This document shows, piece by piece, positions 18,658 through 29,118 of a stretch of DNA of 64,000 bases. The notes under the pieces were generated by a model. The model saw only the letters and a list, made by a program, of their open reading frames with translations, had not been told where the DNA came from and searched no databases. The translations under genes were made by a program, and so were the position numbers. Within the stretch, counting starts at the first letter, position 1. Each line of letters opens with the position of its first letter. The DNA comes from a virus, in the IMG/VR virus record IMGVR_UViG_3300035181_002074, positions 1 to 64,000 of that record, one strand, 5' to 3'.

Positions 18658-19523
18658 CCTCTTTTAAAATTGCTATATTGTAGACGTGTGGGTCGAATAA
18701 CGTCGCTTGAAATGGATATTGGGCTTCTTCACCACCATCATCTATTATGTCATAGCTATTAGGCAGGATTATTATCCCGTAATTTCTAATTGGTGTCATT
18801 TAATTGGGCAATCAAAGCATCGGCGAGCCTTACAGCCATGATCGCCTTGCCTTTAGATTCATCGGCATTATTCGTATTATGTCCACCAGCAATAGCAGGA
18901 ACAACTAATCCTTGCATAATCAACGCAGCAAAATATTCTCTCTTGGTTAGGGCATCGCCCATTTGAGATTCTTGGTGGACTTTATCGTTTGGGTTTGTTT
19001 TCATATTTTTCTCCTATTGCTATATTGTAAATTTTTATGGATTTTTCGCCTTCTGGTGTATTAGTAAATGCATACGGGGTACTGGGGTTTCGTAACGTTT
19101 TATCGTCCGTTATTGGATAATAATAAGTTTTACTTACAATCATGATACCATAATTAAACAAAACTTTGAATTTAGTCATAAACCGCCAAGTTATATATCA
19201 CATTAAGCTCTGCCGCGATGCTGTCGTATAATAGTTCATCTATATTACTGAAATTTATTTGGACATGGGGATTCATTCCACCGTCATTCACTATATGAAA
19301 ACCTGCAGAGCGGATTGCAACCGCATAATTGAATGTAACTTTACTCTTCGCCATTTATTATTACCCAATCCCCTAAGAAGGCGATGTTGTATATCTTTGC
19401 TGCTTTGTTGCTCATAGCCTGTCCAAATGATGTATCAGGATTGATACCGTCATCGGTAACCATAAGGTACGGTACTTCACGTCGATGATACATAATAATC
19501 CCGATGTTGAATACAACCTTCAT
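18635..19523 (-). other. Micro-ORF array C: four clear paralogs (NYG...DDG...IYNIA subfamily)
   Basis: 18635-18799, 18982-19179, 19172-19354 and 19341-19523 share (F)N[YI][GA][IV]...[DN]D[GK]...[IV]YN[IL]A; three also share an NP motif. Confidence 0.85.
18786..19004 (-). CDS. Conserved small phage protein (LTKREYFAA...QG...AVRLADALI type)
   Basis: Recognisable motif of a widespread phage hypothetical family; AGGAG RBS. Confidence 0.65.
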   Translation of the reverse strand: MKTNPNDKVHQESQMGDALTKREYFAALIMQGLVVPAIAGGHNTNNADESKGKAIMAVRLADALIAQLNDTN

Positions 19524-19687
19524 GCAGTTACCTGAGCCAACCAATACAATGGAGCCCCAATCCAACCAAATAAAGCCATAGACCAGAATTCATCTGATTT
19601 GCCTGCCACGACATAGTAATACATGTAAGTAAAACATGTGAGATAGTATGATAAATATACGGCACTGGCAATTAAAAAGGTCTTCAC
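19520..19687 (-). CDS. Small two-TM membrane protein (probable GTG start)
   Basis: GTG lies 7 nt downstream of the -10 box at 19695-19700; hydrophobic sequence. Confidence 0.5.
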   Translation of the reverse strand: MKTFLIASAVYLSYYLTCFTYMYYYVVAGKSDEFWSMALFGWIGAPLYWLAQVTA

Positions 19688-19694
19688 TTGGGTT

Positions 19695-19723
19695 AGTGTA
19701 TCATTCATAGACAATAATGTCAA
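19695..19723 (-). promoter_or_regulatory. sigma70-type early promoter
   Basis: TTGACA-17 bp-TACACT. Confidence 0.65.
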
Positions 19724-20218
19724 CCTGTTTTTGAATTGATCTGTGCCGCCCGATATTGTCCAAATCCTCCGACTTAAACCCAGTATAGATTTCCCATTTT
19801 CTACCATATATCGACCGCATCCAAAATACGACTTCTATTCGGTATTTAAACTTCATGGCAATATCCTTATGCTATATACCTTTTGTTCTGTTATTCCTGT
19901 AATCCATTCTGTCAGTGTCGCTATATTACGGGTGAAAATATGGTAGTTACTGTAACGATCCCATCTATACGCCTTTTTGCGAAATACATATATACCATAT
20001 TGGCAAATATTATTATTCATAAATCCTTATAAGCCATTCAGCCTTGCAATATGACAATTCACTTAGATTCGCATGTGGTACTTCTGTGCCCCATCGAGCA
20101 AGGTTCCAGCTACCGCCTTTCCAGTTGGTAATTGCAATAGTAACTAAATGGTTATTCATATGTTATTCGTAATGGTATGTTGGTCGAATAGAAATAGCAT
20201 AACGGTATAAAGGTTCCA

Positions 20219-20437
20219 TTATTCAAAATTCACGGTTAGGTAGTCATTGTATCCATTAGCAACCATTTCCTTAGCAGTAGCCAAGGCAGCTTTACCAGCT
20301 GGGGTGATCATATTCATTTCTTCCAACCATTGGGTCTCAGGTGTAACCAATCTCAAGTGCCCACGGCGTGGAGCAGATAATTCAGGGTTATTGTTAACGA
20401 TCAAAGTAAATTTTGGGGCTGGATTAGTTTGTTTCAT
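20219..20437 (-). CDS. Hypothetical early protein (start MKQTNPAPK)
   Basis: GAGG RBS and own promoter. Confidence 0.7.
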   Translation of the reverse strand: MKQTNPAPKFTLIVNNNPELSAPRRGHLRLVTPETQWLEEMNMITPAGKAALATAKEMVANGYNDYLTVNFE

Positions 20438-20453
20438 AGTGTACCTCATAAAT

Positions 20454-20482
20454 AGAATATCATCCTTTATCCGAAATGTCAA
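20454..20482 (-). promoter_or_regulatory. sigma70-type early promoter
   Basis: TTGACA-17 bp-TATTCT. Confidence 0.75.
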
Positions 20483-20815
20483 CATAAAAATTATATATTT
20501 TTGCTACCATGCTTTGAATAACCACATGCTTGTCGATTCGCGGGTGATATGGATGAGCTGAAACCCAATCCCCTATTAGATAGGTGCCGCTACGCGACCC
20601 AACATGACGTGCGTATCGTTTATTGTGCAAACTTATTTTATACCGCTGCGTTACTTTCATGGGTTAAAGCTCCACCGAGATTCTGTAATACTTAATAAGG
20701 GACATATCTTCTACATCAGCTCCTTTAGCCTCTATATCGAACACCGATTTCCAGCTATCGATCATATACGTAAACCGTTGAATTTTAATGCCGTAGCGCT
20801 GTGTGGTATAAAATA

Positions 20816-21031
20816 TCATTTCGTATCCGTGGTGCAAGCGTCGTCCATAGACGTACTGTTACCTGTAATAGTGTCCGTTACACTATAAGCATACTTACAG
20901 CCATTCACGAAACCGTTGGAACTACCTTTATGGTAAGCACCCCACATTAATCCACCGGTTAAGGCAGCGTCAAGTAAGCCAAGGGTTAAGAAGATATAAA
21001 AGCCTTTTTTGGTAAGAATTGGGTGGTTCAT
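20816..21031 (-). CDS. Small membrane protein, probably leaderless
   Basis: One TM segment; ATG lies 6 nt from the -10 box. Confidence 0.6.
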   Translation of the reverse strand: MNHPILTKKGFYIFLTLGLLDAALTGGLMWGAYHKGSSNGFVNGCKYAYSVTDTITGNSTSMDDACTTDTK

Positions 21032-21037
21032 GTAAAT

Positions 21038-21066
21038 AGCTTATCACGGTTATTCCCAGAAGTCAA
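21038..21066 (-). promoter_or_regulatory. sigma70-type early promoter
   Basis: TTGACT-17 bp-TAAGCT. Confidence 0.65.
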
Positions 21067-21104
21067 CTAGTTTTTATGGTATTATCAATTGGAGAACAAA
21101 TTTT

Positions 21105-21341
21105 ATGCAATCAACTGTAACTTTCACTGCTTATGCCCCAGATGGTACCGTAACAGCTACTAAGACCACTCGCCATGCCAATGGTTTTCGTTTAGATACC
21201 TATGCGAACAATGAATTCCCTTATGATAAGGTAGGCATGCAATACGCCGACAATAACGATCTGACAGCCGTGGTCAAGAATGCTGAAGGTAGAGTTATCG
21301 CCACATTCCTTCAGATCAAAGACGCCCCAGACGCCGAATAA
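21105..21341 (+). CDS. Hypothetical protein
   Basis: 78 aa, GGAG RBS. Confidence 0.65.
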   Translation: MQSTVTFTAYAPDGTVTATKTTRHANGFRLDTYANNEFPYDKVGMQYADNNDLTAVVKNAEGRVIATFLQIKDAPDAE

Positions 21342-21342
21342 G

Positions 21343-21351
21343 CCTAATATT
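21343..21351 (+). promoter_or_regulatory. Putative late promoter motif CCTAATATT
   Basis: Upstream of the 21426 structural gene. Confidence 0.65.
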
Positions 21352-21425
21352 TCCGGTACAGCCCACTTGCAACTCCTCTACTCTACGGAGCATGAATATG
21401 TGGTTTTCTTTTTATTGGGATATCA

Positions 21426-23828
21426 ATGGATTTCAAAAACACTAACAGCTACAAATGGATACGTCAATATATCTCCAGTTTCATGACTGGGCCGAATATC
21501 GATGCGCTCTTGGCGTCTTTTGGTGATGAACACCAAAGGCAGCAAGATTTATCTATTGCCGTTAATGATTCCTTAACTATTTCTACTGCCTCTGGTGATT
21601 ACCTTGATAAACGCTTAGCTGAAGTGGGGATTACCCGTCCAGCTGATCTCGGTATGTCCGATGATGCGTTCCGTAAAATGGGAATTCAAATCAACGCCCA
21701 AAAACAAATTACTGACGTCATACATACAGTTTTGGAGACCTTTTTTGGTGAAGAAACCGTTAGAGGTTATACCCAATCTGGAGCTTACGAGCCTTACCAG
21801 TTCCAAGATCAAGATGAACTATGGGTAGAACTAGAAAATGGCATTATTTATAAAATCCCTTTTTCATTATCATTCTTCAATAACCCGTCACAAGCCACAG
21901 CCCAAGAAGTCTCCGACATCATTACCCGATTCTTTCGCTCACAAGGCATACAAGCCTATTCAACTGTTTTGGAAGATGTAACGACCCGCAAGAACTATGT
22001 CCGTGTATTTGGTGCATCTAAGGGGCCATACTCCATGGTGCGTATCCGTGGTGGTAGAGCCCAAGTAGTATTAGATTTCCCAGATGTGCGCAATACTGCA
22101 TTAGCCTTGAATACCACTCTCTGGCAGATTACTCGCAACATTGGCTCTACAGTACGTTTCCGTTGGTACTCCGGCCCTAAGCCAGCATTAGATCAAATTA
22201 TCCCAAGTGATACGGCATTGATATACGGTACACCATTCCAGACTGCTGGAATCGAAGGAAGCTTCGAGGTTACCAACGTGAGGCCAGCTGGAGCATTACC
22301 ATCATTAGACTCAGGGTATTTCGAAGTAGACATTCCTGATCTCAGCACGTTACGCTATACACCACCAGATACTGCGCCACCGGCCAACACACCCGGTAAC
22401 ACTTACTCCTATTTAGTGAACCAAGGTGTTTACGAAGATCTCAAGTTCTTTGCATCTAAGAAAAACGTACCATATGAACAACCACGCTATGCATTAGCTT
22501 TTGAATCCAAAGCTGGTGTACTCAAGATCTATTTACCTGCGACGACTAAGGTAGTGAAGCGTGACCTCATTGGGTCAGCTCACATGCATATGCACTATGA
22601 TGAACTCAACCTGAATGGTACATTTGGTTCTGGTTTAGTAAATGATGATGATAATAAGATTATTGTAGTAAATGATTTCACTATCAAATACAAGCAGTTA
22701 GGACTCGACAATAATGGAGTAAACGGTACTGCTACCATCAATGATACTATACCATGCAGTGTTGATATCGACTATGTCATACGTGAGTCCGTAGCCTGCA
22801 CTGTAGTATTTAAAGATGTTCATAATATTACAACCATTGAATGGAAACCTTCGGTTAATTATACCACAGGAAATGCAGTATATTACCAAGGTGCTAAATA
22901 TACTGCATTACAAAACAATGGTCCATTAAGTTCTATACAATACCCAACAGACAATGCCGCCTATTGGGAATATGTGAAACCAAGCCAAAACTATTCCGAT
23001 CTCACTGTAACGGTGGATATGGGATTCGTAGAGCAAGATGACCCCAATGCTCCATTCCTTGGTCCTTATATCATTGACCCAGTTGCACCCTATACATTGA
23101 CTAATAACTTCGCGACTATCAGGGAATCTATCAGAGCGGGTGAGCGTAAACAAACGTTACTATGCCAAGGTGTTTTCCCTAATGAAGAAGGTATTTTACT
23201 TTTCGGCTTAAATGAAGATAACCAAGAAGGTCCGGTCAAGTATTATGGCGCTCAGATGGCTGGCTCCGTTTCACCGGTTAATCTCGTGTCTGCATCTCAG
23301 TCAGGCGTAACTATCACGATCGTAACTGCCCAGCCACATGGAGCCATTACCGGTTCTAATATAGTTATCGCTGGAACCAGTACAGCTTTGGATGCGCCAC
23401 ATGTCGTGGATAGCGTAATATCTCCAACTATTTACCAATGTATTGCTGCTAGTCCAGCTACCATATCAGCTATTGGCGTTGGTACTTCCACTACCATCAT
23501 CGAAGGCTCGGTTAGTACACTATTACTAGACCCATCATATACTTTTAAATATGGTCATAACATTAGCGAAGATGTATCACTATTAAGTGACACTATTGCA
23601 TATCAGCCTGCAGAAGATGGCTCCGACTATGCACCGTATATCACCGGAACAGCTGAAGGTAGAGTATTCGCCCAAGGGCTGATTGAGTCAATTACTGCAT
23701 TAGGTATCAAATTAAATATAGTAATCGTGTACCCGGAAGATACTGGCTGGGGTAATGACGACTATCCAAAAGATGGCAATGTAACTCCTCATAGTGACGC
23801 GGTATATATATACAGCGGTGAACAATGA
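21426..23828 (+). CDS. Baseplate wedge protein (gpI/gp7-like) with accessory beta domains
   Basis: TASGDYLD....GITRP..MSDDAFRK N-terminal signature; C-terminal ITALGIKLNIVI. Confidence 0.7.
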   Translation: MDFKNTNSYKWIRQYISSFMTGPNIDALLASFGDEHQRQQDLSIAVNDSLTISTASGDYLDKRLAEVGITRPADLGMSDDAFRKMGIQINAQKQITDVIHTVLETFFGEETVRGYTQSGAYEPYQFQDQDELWVELENGIIYKIPFSLSFFNNPSQATAQEVSDIITRFFRSQGIQAYSTVLEDVTTRKNYVRVFGASKGPYSMVRIRGGRAQVVLDFPDVRNTALALNTTLWQITRNIGSTVRFRWYSGPKPALDQIIPSDTALIYGTPFQTAGIEGSFEVTNVRPAGALPSLDSGYFEVDIPDLSTLRYTPPDTAPPANTPGNTYSYLVNQGVYEDLKFFASKKNVPYEQPRYALAFESKAGVLKIYLPATTKVVKRDLIGSAHMHMHYDELNLNGTFGSGLVNDDDNKIIVVNDFTIKYKQLGLDNNGVNGTATINDTIPCSVDIDYVIRESVACTVVFKDVHNITTIEWKPSVNYTTGNAVYYQGAKYTALQNNGPLSSIQYPTDNAAYWEYVKPSQNYSDLTVTVDMGFVEQDDPNAPFLGPYIIDPVAPYTLTNNFATIRESIRAGERKQTLLCQGVFPNEEGILLFGLNEDNQEGPVKYYGAQMAGSVSPVNLVSASQSGVTITIVTAQPHGAITGSNIVIAGTSTALDAPHVVDSVISPTIYQCIAASPATISAIGVGTSTTIIEGSVSTLLLDPSYTFKYGHNISEDVSLLSDTIAYQPAEDGSDYAPYITGTAEGRVFAQGLIESITALGIKLNIVIVYPEDTGWGNDDYPKDGNVTPHSDAVYIYSGEQ

Positions 23829-24043
23829 GCAGCGAAGTTCTTGGTGTAGCATTATACAAAAGAACTCTAAATAATATTTATGAGCTGCTGGAGCGCATAC
23901 ATTTAAAAGGCGATGGTGGAATTTTAAGTACGACCGATGAAGAAGGCGTTAAGAAGTTTTACCAGACGTTAATTTTGATTAATAAAAGAAGCAAACGAAA
24001 GAAGAATATACCGTTCATTTGCCATAAGACAGGTAACGCATGA
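23825..24043 (+). CDS. Hypothetical protein
   Basis: Coupled (ATGA overlaps) to both neighbours. Confidence 0.55.
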   Translation: MSSEVLGVALYKRTLNNIYELLERIHLKGDGGILSTTDEEGVKKFYQTLILINKRSKRKKNIPFICHKTGNA

Positions 24044-24531
24044 AATCCGTAATAAGGACTGGAGCTAAGCTCGCATTAAAGATTGACGATGGCAGTGGGG
24101 AAAGACTCATTGGCTTTTGTACTGGTATTAATTATACCGTATCACAAGGCACTAAAACCATCTTCGTGGTGGATAGTCCGTTCCCGTTTGAAATAGCATC
24201 AGGCGCTTCTAATTCACAAGTACGCGGTAGCATGAATATTTACATGCTACAAAACACTACCCCTGAAAGTGCTGGACTCGTGCCTTATCGTACATCTGGA
24301 GCCGCATCAAGTAAAGATAACTCACCACACCCCGGTGATCCGACCAATACGATCCACTTAGCTCATTCAAAGTATTTCCATATGCGCTTGTATGATAGAG
24401 CTAGCGGAGAATTATTCGCGGGTATGGATTATACCAAGGTAACTGGCTACACTGTATCCACTAATGCTAAAGGTATCGTTACCGCATCATTAACTTTTGA
24501 AGCAAAATATCTAATATCTGGTCAAGGCTAA
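24040..24531 (+). CDS. Tail tube-like protein
   Basis: 163 aa; IGFCTGINYTVS..K.I.VVDSP.P.EI...VRGSM...YTVST..KGIVTASLTFEA pattern typical of myovirus tube folds. Confidence 0.55.
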   Translation: MKSVIRTGAKLALKIDDGSGERLIGFCTGINYTVSQGTKTIFVVDSPFPFEIASGASNSQVRGSMNIYMLQNTTPESAGLVPYRTSGAASSKDNSPHPGDPTNTIHLAHSKYFHMRLYDRASGELFAGMDYTKVTGYTVSTNAKGIVTASLTFEAKYLISGQG

Positions 24532-24535
24532 GTAG

Positions 24536-24567
24536 CCTAATATTTTCATTAAGGAATCCCTCACATG
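24536..24567 (+). promoter_or_regulatory. Late promoter motif plus leader/RBS
   Basis: Near-identical to 5065-5097. Confidence 0.75.
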
Positions 24568-27500
24568 GCAGTTAAACGCAGACTGAAGCTCTTCTCAAGT
24601 GCTCGCCTCGACATCCCACATTTAAGATCAACAGAGTCAGGCGTTGCCAGTGACTTTGATAGTGCATTACGTGGACTCGTTACTGGATTAAATCAACCGT
24701 ATGTTATTCGCGGTTTTGATCTCGTTATTCCTAATGCTGCTATCCCTGCAACTTCTTTAGAAATCAAAGTATCTGATTCAGCTGTGCTACATGCAACGGC
24801 TGCTGAAGCTGGAACTATCCTTAGTGTTGCTGCTGGTACAGTAAATGAAATTCTATCACCAACTAATACTAAAGTGTTTGGCGCATTCCAAAACGGTGTA
24901 GCCAATTACGTTTCATTAGCTTATCGTCGTCGCACTGATCCAACTACTGTTGACCAAGTTGCTGGATGGTCTGAGTCACAAAAGATTGAATACCAACGTT
25001 CAGTTCCAACCGGTGATATATTAGAATACCAATTCGTTATCAGTACGTCAGGATTCTCTACTAACTTACCTTTATACATTGTAGGCACGACTTCGACCGG
25101 TGCTGTGCAATACGCTACGAAAGCTGCCCCCAACTTATTCCGCCTTGGACGTGGTGGTGCCGTACCTGATCCATATTATACATTCAATTACCACAATCAA
25201 AACAATAATTCACAATCACCTTCACAACCTCGCAGAGAATGGATTAATAATAGTCCATCATTAACTCCTAACCCAGTTACCGTATCACCGGGCGATCCAA
25301 CTAGCGCATTCCAGTATGGCGATTTCAATATTGCTAATATGAAAGAGTGGATGGATGCTATCATGAGTCGATTCAAGGAATTGACCGGTAGTACGTATTG
25401 GTATTTGGATTCCGCACTATCTGCAGGTTCACCAAATCTTTTCGACACATGGTATGATTCACTTGGTTCAGTAATGACTGGTAGCGGATCTATCTCATAC
25501 AACCTAGTACTTGAAGCAGCTCAACCAACATTTGGTGAGTTCCAATCCTTTTTCACTGATAGCGAAATCCTTGCCGGTGATTCTTATGTAGTTGGCCAGA
25601 CATCCGGTAACAGAGCCAACATTAGCGCGTTCAATGCTAACCAGCTTATCATTAATTCAATGTTGCGCCAAAACTTCATTGCTAATGAAACACTTTACAA
25701 TCGTCGTCTATATAGACCTGATCTAGTTAAGTTTGATCTATACAATACTGCCGATGCATTAGCTGCCAATAAGATTGGTGTGTTACGTCGCAAAGCTAAT
25801 GGATCTGGTACCCCACAATCTATTTCTTCTTGGTCTTATACTCAAATAGGTTCTTTATCTGCTGCTGACTGTACAGCTAACTTTGGTTCAGCTCACGGAT
25901 TTAACGTAGGCGACTATGCATTCTTCAGTGGCTTAGCGTGTACAACTAATCAGCCATCTGGCGTCTACATGATTAAAGAAGTGCCTACCAGTACTTCTTG
26001 TGTATTTTCTGTTTCATATCTACCAACTGGTGCGGCTACCGTATCATCCGCAACGGCTGCATTAGATACTGCAACACATCATCCTTATCTGCCAACATTT
26101 GTAGTTCAATCATGGTCATATGTAGGTACGGCTATTAAGGTACAAGCACTTGGCCATAACTTCTTAACCGGTGACAAGATTACTATCGGTGGATTGGCTT
26201 GTACAACTAACGCACCCAATGGTCGTTTCACTGTAACGGTTAACCCAGATAACTCTATCAACTTTACTGCAACAGCTCCAACTGGTACAGCAACCGTTAG
26301 TTCGGCATTCGTGCAAGCTAATACTGCCGCATTCCAGTTAACTGTATCGGGCACTAATCCAAATAATTATGATGTTATTGATGTGGTGGCTACAGCTGCT
26401 TCTGATACTGATTTCAATTACGTTATTGGTGCAATCTCTTTACCGACTATTCCTGTTGGCACTGGCGCGATTACTTTAGATGGTGTAGTAGCAGTATCTT
26501 CAGTGCTTGACCCAACTATCGTTTCAAGTATTACTTGGAATGGTACAGCGATCGTAGTTAATACTGCTACTCCTCATGGATATGCTAGTATCGCTGGCCC
26601 AACTGATTTCACGATATACGGTAATCAATCTTTGTCCGCATACATCACTACTTACAGTGGCGTATCAATTGTAAACATTAGTTCAAATGTATTCCAGATC
26701 ACCGGCGGCAATGTTGCTAATCACGGTACTTACACTAACGGCGGCAGTGATTTAACTTACGCACGTTACCCAAATAATCCTTACGCTGGTCCTATCCAAT
26801 GGGATAGTGACATGATTATTAAAGGTATCATCGGTGACAAGTACATGCGCATCCCACAAACTGCGACTGCTACTGGAACTCAACTAGCTAACAAATTTAA
26901 TATCAATGGCCTAACTGGTACAGCTTATTTACAAGACGGTGAAGTAGCATACATTATCATGGAGCGTAATAAGCTTCTTGCTAATGGTGCAAGCTATTCA
27001 ACTGCTGGTGGTAGCGCACAAGTTACTGGTTCAACTTCTCCAACATACGTAGGTGGTACTCGCTTACGTGTAGGTGATTTCGTTAAGTGGGAAGATGAAA
27101 GCGAAGCTTCTTGGCTACGTGTATCTAATCAAGGTTACCCTTCATTAAACGAAGGCGATCAATTGCCATCATTAGCTACTAACTTCTATTTAGTGACTGA
27201 CAATGGACAACCGCCTACTAGTTCACAACGTCCAGCTAAAACTGGCCGCATGGTTTACACTAGAGGAACTTATCAAGAAGTTATCGTTAGTAAGCATTGG
27301 CAAGTAACCCAAAGCGCTGACATCTATTGGATCGCTGTACGTCGTGACAATGGTGCATTAAAATCTAAAGTATATCTCAAGGCATTGGAACTAGAACTAG
27401 GCGAAGTTAGACAGATCAATGATAATGCCCCAAGCAATCTATTAACTTATACTGGAGCTGGTAGCGAAGCGGCTATCAATCCAAACTATAGTGTTATTGA

Positions 27501-29118
27501 TCAAACAGGTGCTTACCAAGAATCACAAGTCTTAGCAGTAGGCAGCAATGCAGCTGACAAGGATAACAGAACTAGACAAGTTACATTTGATTCTGCACCT
27601 GAATTAGATTTCCAAGCTGGCGACAAGATCGTTAAGACTGTTGGATTAACTCATTACAGTTATTTAATCAAGCATGTTATCACTTCTCGTACAGTGATCA
27701 TGGCTGATGATATTTCTACATTAGCTGCTGGTGATACGGTAACATATTACAGAGTGAATCATAATATCAACGATTCAGATAATCTTACATTGGCTATCCG
27801 TAAAGAAGATCGTGATCTAGCTAAAGTAAATACTGCTTTAACTCGCCCGATCTATGACGAAACAGTTTACTTGCAAAAGATGAACGTAACTGGATCTGGC
27901 TTCATTAAGTCTGGTTCATACATTTACAAAGGCACACAAGATCAACCGACTGCTTTAGCATGGGTACTCCATGGAACTAGCAATCAAACTGAAACTATCG
28001 AAGGATTCGGTATCAGTATGCCGGGTAGTAAATTTGGCGCATCATCCATTTTAGTGCATATCCTCAGTGGGACATTCTCCCATGGTGATAGTGTTTACCA
28101 AAATGGCGCATCTACTTATACCATCAATAACGTTGGTAACCCAGCTTTCCCAAGCCCAGCGATCTTAGCTGCTAGCAATGTGGAAATCGTATTACCACCA
28201 AACAGACGTACCCAAGTTGTTGGGTCAAGTTATGTGGTATGGCCAACTAACTGTGCATACAAAGCTTCCTTAGATGATAATTTATGTGGTGAAGAACTAT
28301 TAGTTATTGCCAATGATTCTATCCGCCAAGCTAACTTGGATTACTCCGAGACATATGGTGGACCGAAGGGTAAGATTGAAATATCCCGTAACTTACCAAT
28401 CAACACTCGTTTACGTTTCCGTATCTTGCCAGCTTATGGCTCTGCTAATGTTAGCTCATCCAGTTCTACTAGTTTACAATTAGCTTATGACGGTGGCAAT
28501 ATCGTTTCCATCTTATCTGGTCGTCCAATCGATGTCCGCGTAAGTGATAGAACAACTGGTATTGCACTAGACGGTACATTAAGTATTGATGCAGTTTACA
28601 GCGGTAATGTAGTTGGTGGTATCATGCCTAAGACTGATCGCAGTTTCGACATTGGTACTGAAGCACTGAAGGTTAATCAGATTTGGACAGCAATCCAAAA
28701 CATTAAAACTCATACAACTCATCCATCATCTGGTAACACTAAGTTTACCGCTGTGGGTACATCTACTAATAACTCTGCTTACATTATCCCATCATCCAAT
28801 ATTACTTTGGCGCAAGGTGAAGCAATGCAAGTTGTGGTGACTGGTGTGGCTCGCCGTTCAGAAGGTGTTGCGACGCCAACTACTCAAGGGTCTGCGTCCT
28901 TCAGAATAGAAGGTTGCTTTTACCGTGAAACAGCTGGTAGCACCCAAGCTGCTGGGAGTCCATACAATCTGGTTAGTGGTGCTTACGGTGACGGTATAAG
29001 TTACGCCCTTACATTTGGTACTGTAGGTAATGATGTGGTAGCCGTTGCCTTTGGTGAGAGTGCTGCTATTGAGTGGGCGATCAGTGTAGAATATCAAAAA
29101 GTTCGCCTTCCTAGCTAA
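24565..29118 (+). CDS. Large baseplate / tail-fibre attachment structural protein
   Basis: 1517 aa, T/S/G/N-rich; tandem H[GN]F..GD.....GLACTTN.P.G repeats; preceded by the late motif. Confidence 0.6.
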   Translation: MAVKRRLKLFSSARLDIPHLRSTESGVASDFDSALRGLVTGLNQPYVIRGFDLVIPNAAIPATSLEIKVSDSAVLHATAAEAGTILSVAAGTVNEILSPTNTKVFGAFQNGVANYVSLAYRRRTDPTTVDQVAGWSESQKIEYQRSVPTGDILEYQFVISTSGFSTNLPLYIVGTTSTGAVQYATKAAPNLFRLGRGGAVPDPYYTFNYHNQNNNSQSPSQPRREWINNSPSLTPNPVTVSPGDPTSAFQYGDFNIANMKEWMDAIMSRFKELTGSTYWYLDSALSAGSPNLFDTWYDSLGSVMTGSGSISYNLVLEAAQPTFGEFQSFFTDSEILAGDSYVVGQTSGNRANISAFNANQLIINSMLRQNFIANETLYNRRLYRPDLVKFDLYNTADALAANKIGVLRRKANGSGTPQSISSWSYTQIGSLSAADCTANFGSAHGFNVGDYAFFSGLACTTNQPSGVYMIKEVPTSTSCVFSVSYLPTGAATVSSATAALDTATHHPYLPTFVVQSWSYVGTAIKVQALGHNFLTGDKITIGGLACTTNAPNGRFTVTVNPDNSINFTATAPTGTATVSSAFVQANTAAFQLTVSGTNPNNYDVIDVVATAASDTDFNYVIGAISLPTIPVGTGAITLDGVVAVSSVLDPTIVSSITWNGTAIVVNTATPHGYASIAGPTDFTIYGNQSLSAYITTYSGVSIVNISSNVFQITGGNVANHGTYTNGGSDLTYARYPNNPYAGPIQWDSDMIIKGIIGDKYMRIPQTATATGTQLANKFNINGLTGTAYLQDGEVAYIIMERNKLLANGASYSTAGGSAQVTGSTSPTYVGGTRLRVGDFVKWEDESEASWLRVSNQGYPSLNEGDQLPSLATNFYLVTDNGQPPTSSQRPAKTGRMVYTRGTYQEVIVSKHWQVTQSADIYWIAVRRDNGALKSKVYLKALELELGEVRQINDNAPSNLLTYTGAGSEAAINPNYSVIDQTGAYQESQVLAVGSNAADKDNRTRQVTFDSAPELDFQAGDKIVKTVGLTHYSYLIKHVITSRTVIMADDISTLAAGDTVTYYRVNHNINDSDNLTLAIRKEDRDLAKVNTALTRPIYDETVYLQKMNVTGSGFIKSGSYIYKGTQDQPTALAWVLHGTSNQTETIEGFGISMPGSKFGASSILVHILSGTFSHGDSVYQNGASTYTINNVGNPAFPSPAILAASNVEIVLPPNRRTQVVGSSYVVWPTNCAYKASLDDNLCGEELLVIANDSIRQANLDYSETYGGPKGKIEISRNLPINTRLRFRILPAYGSANVSSSSSTSLQLAYDGGNIVSILSGRPIDVRVSDRTTGIALDGTLSIDAVYSGNVVGGIMPKTDRSFDIGTEALKVNQIWTAIQNIKTHTTHPSSGNTKFTAVGTSTNNSAYIIPSSNITLAQGEAMQVVVTGVARRSEGVATPTTQGSASFRIEGCFYRETAGSTQAAGSPYNLVSGAYGDGISYALTFGTVGNDVVAVAFGESAAIEWAISVEYQKVRLPS

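Larger units (their letters stand above)
19701..20819 (-). other. Micro-ORF array D (5 members plus an 18-aa fragment)
   Basis: 19701-19856, 19853-20020, 20013-20159, 20163-20219 (18 aa), 20460-20660 and 20664-20819; e.g. MKFKYRIEV...VDIIVYE, MIFYTTQRYGIKI...KYYRISVEL. Confidence 0.75.
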
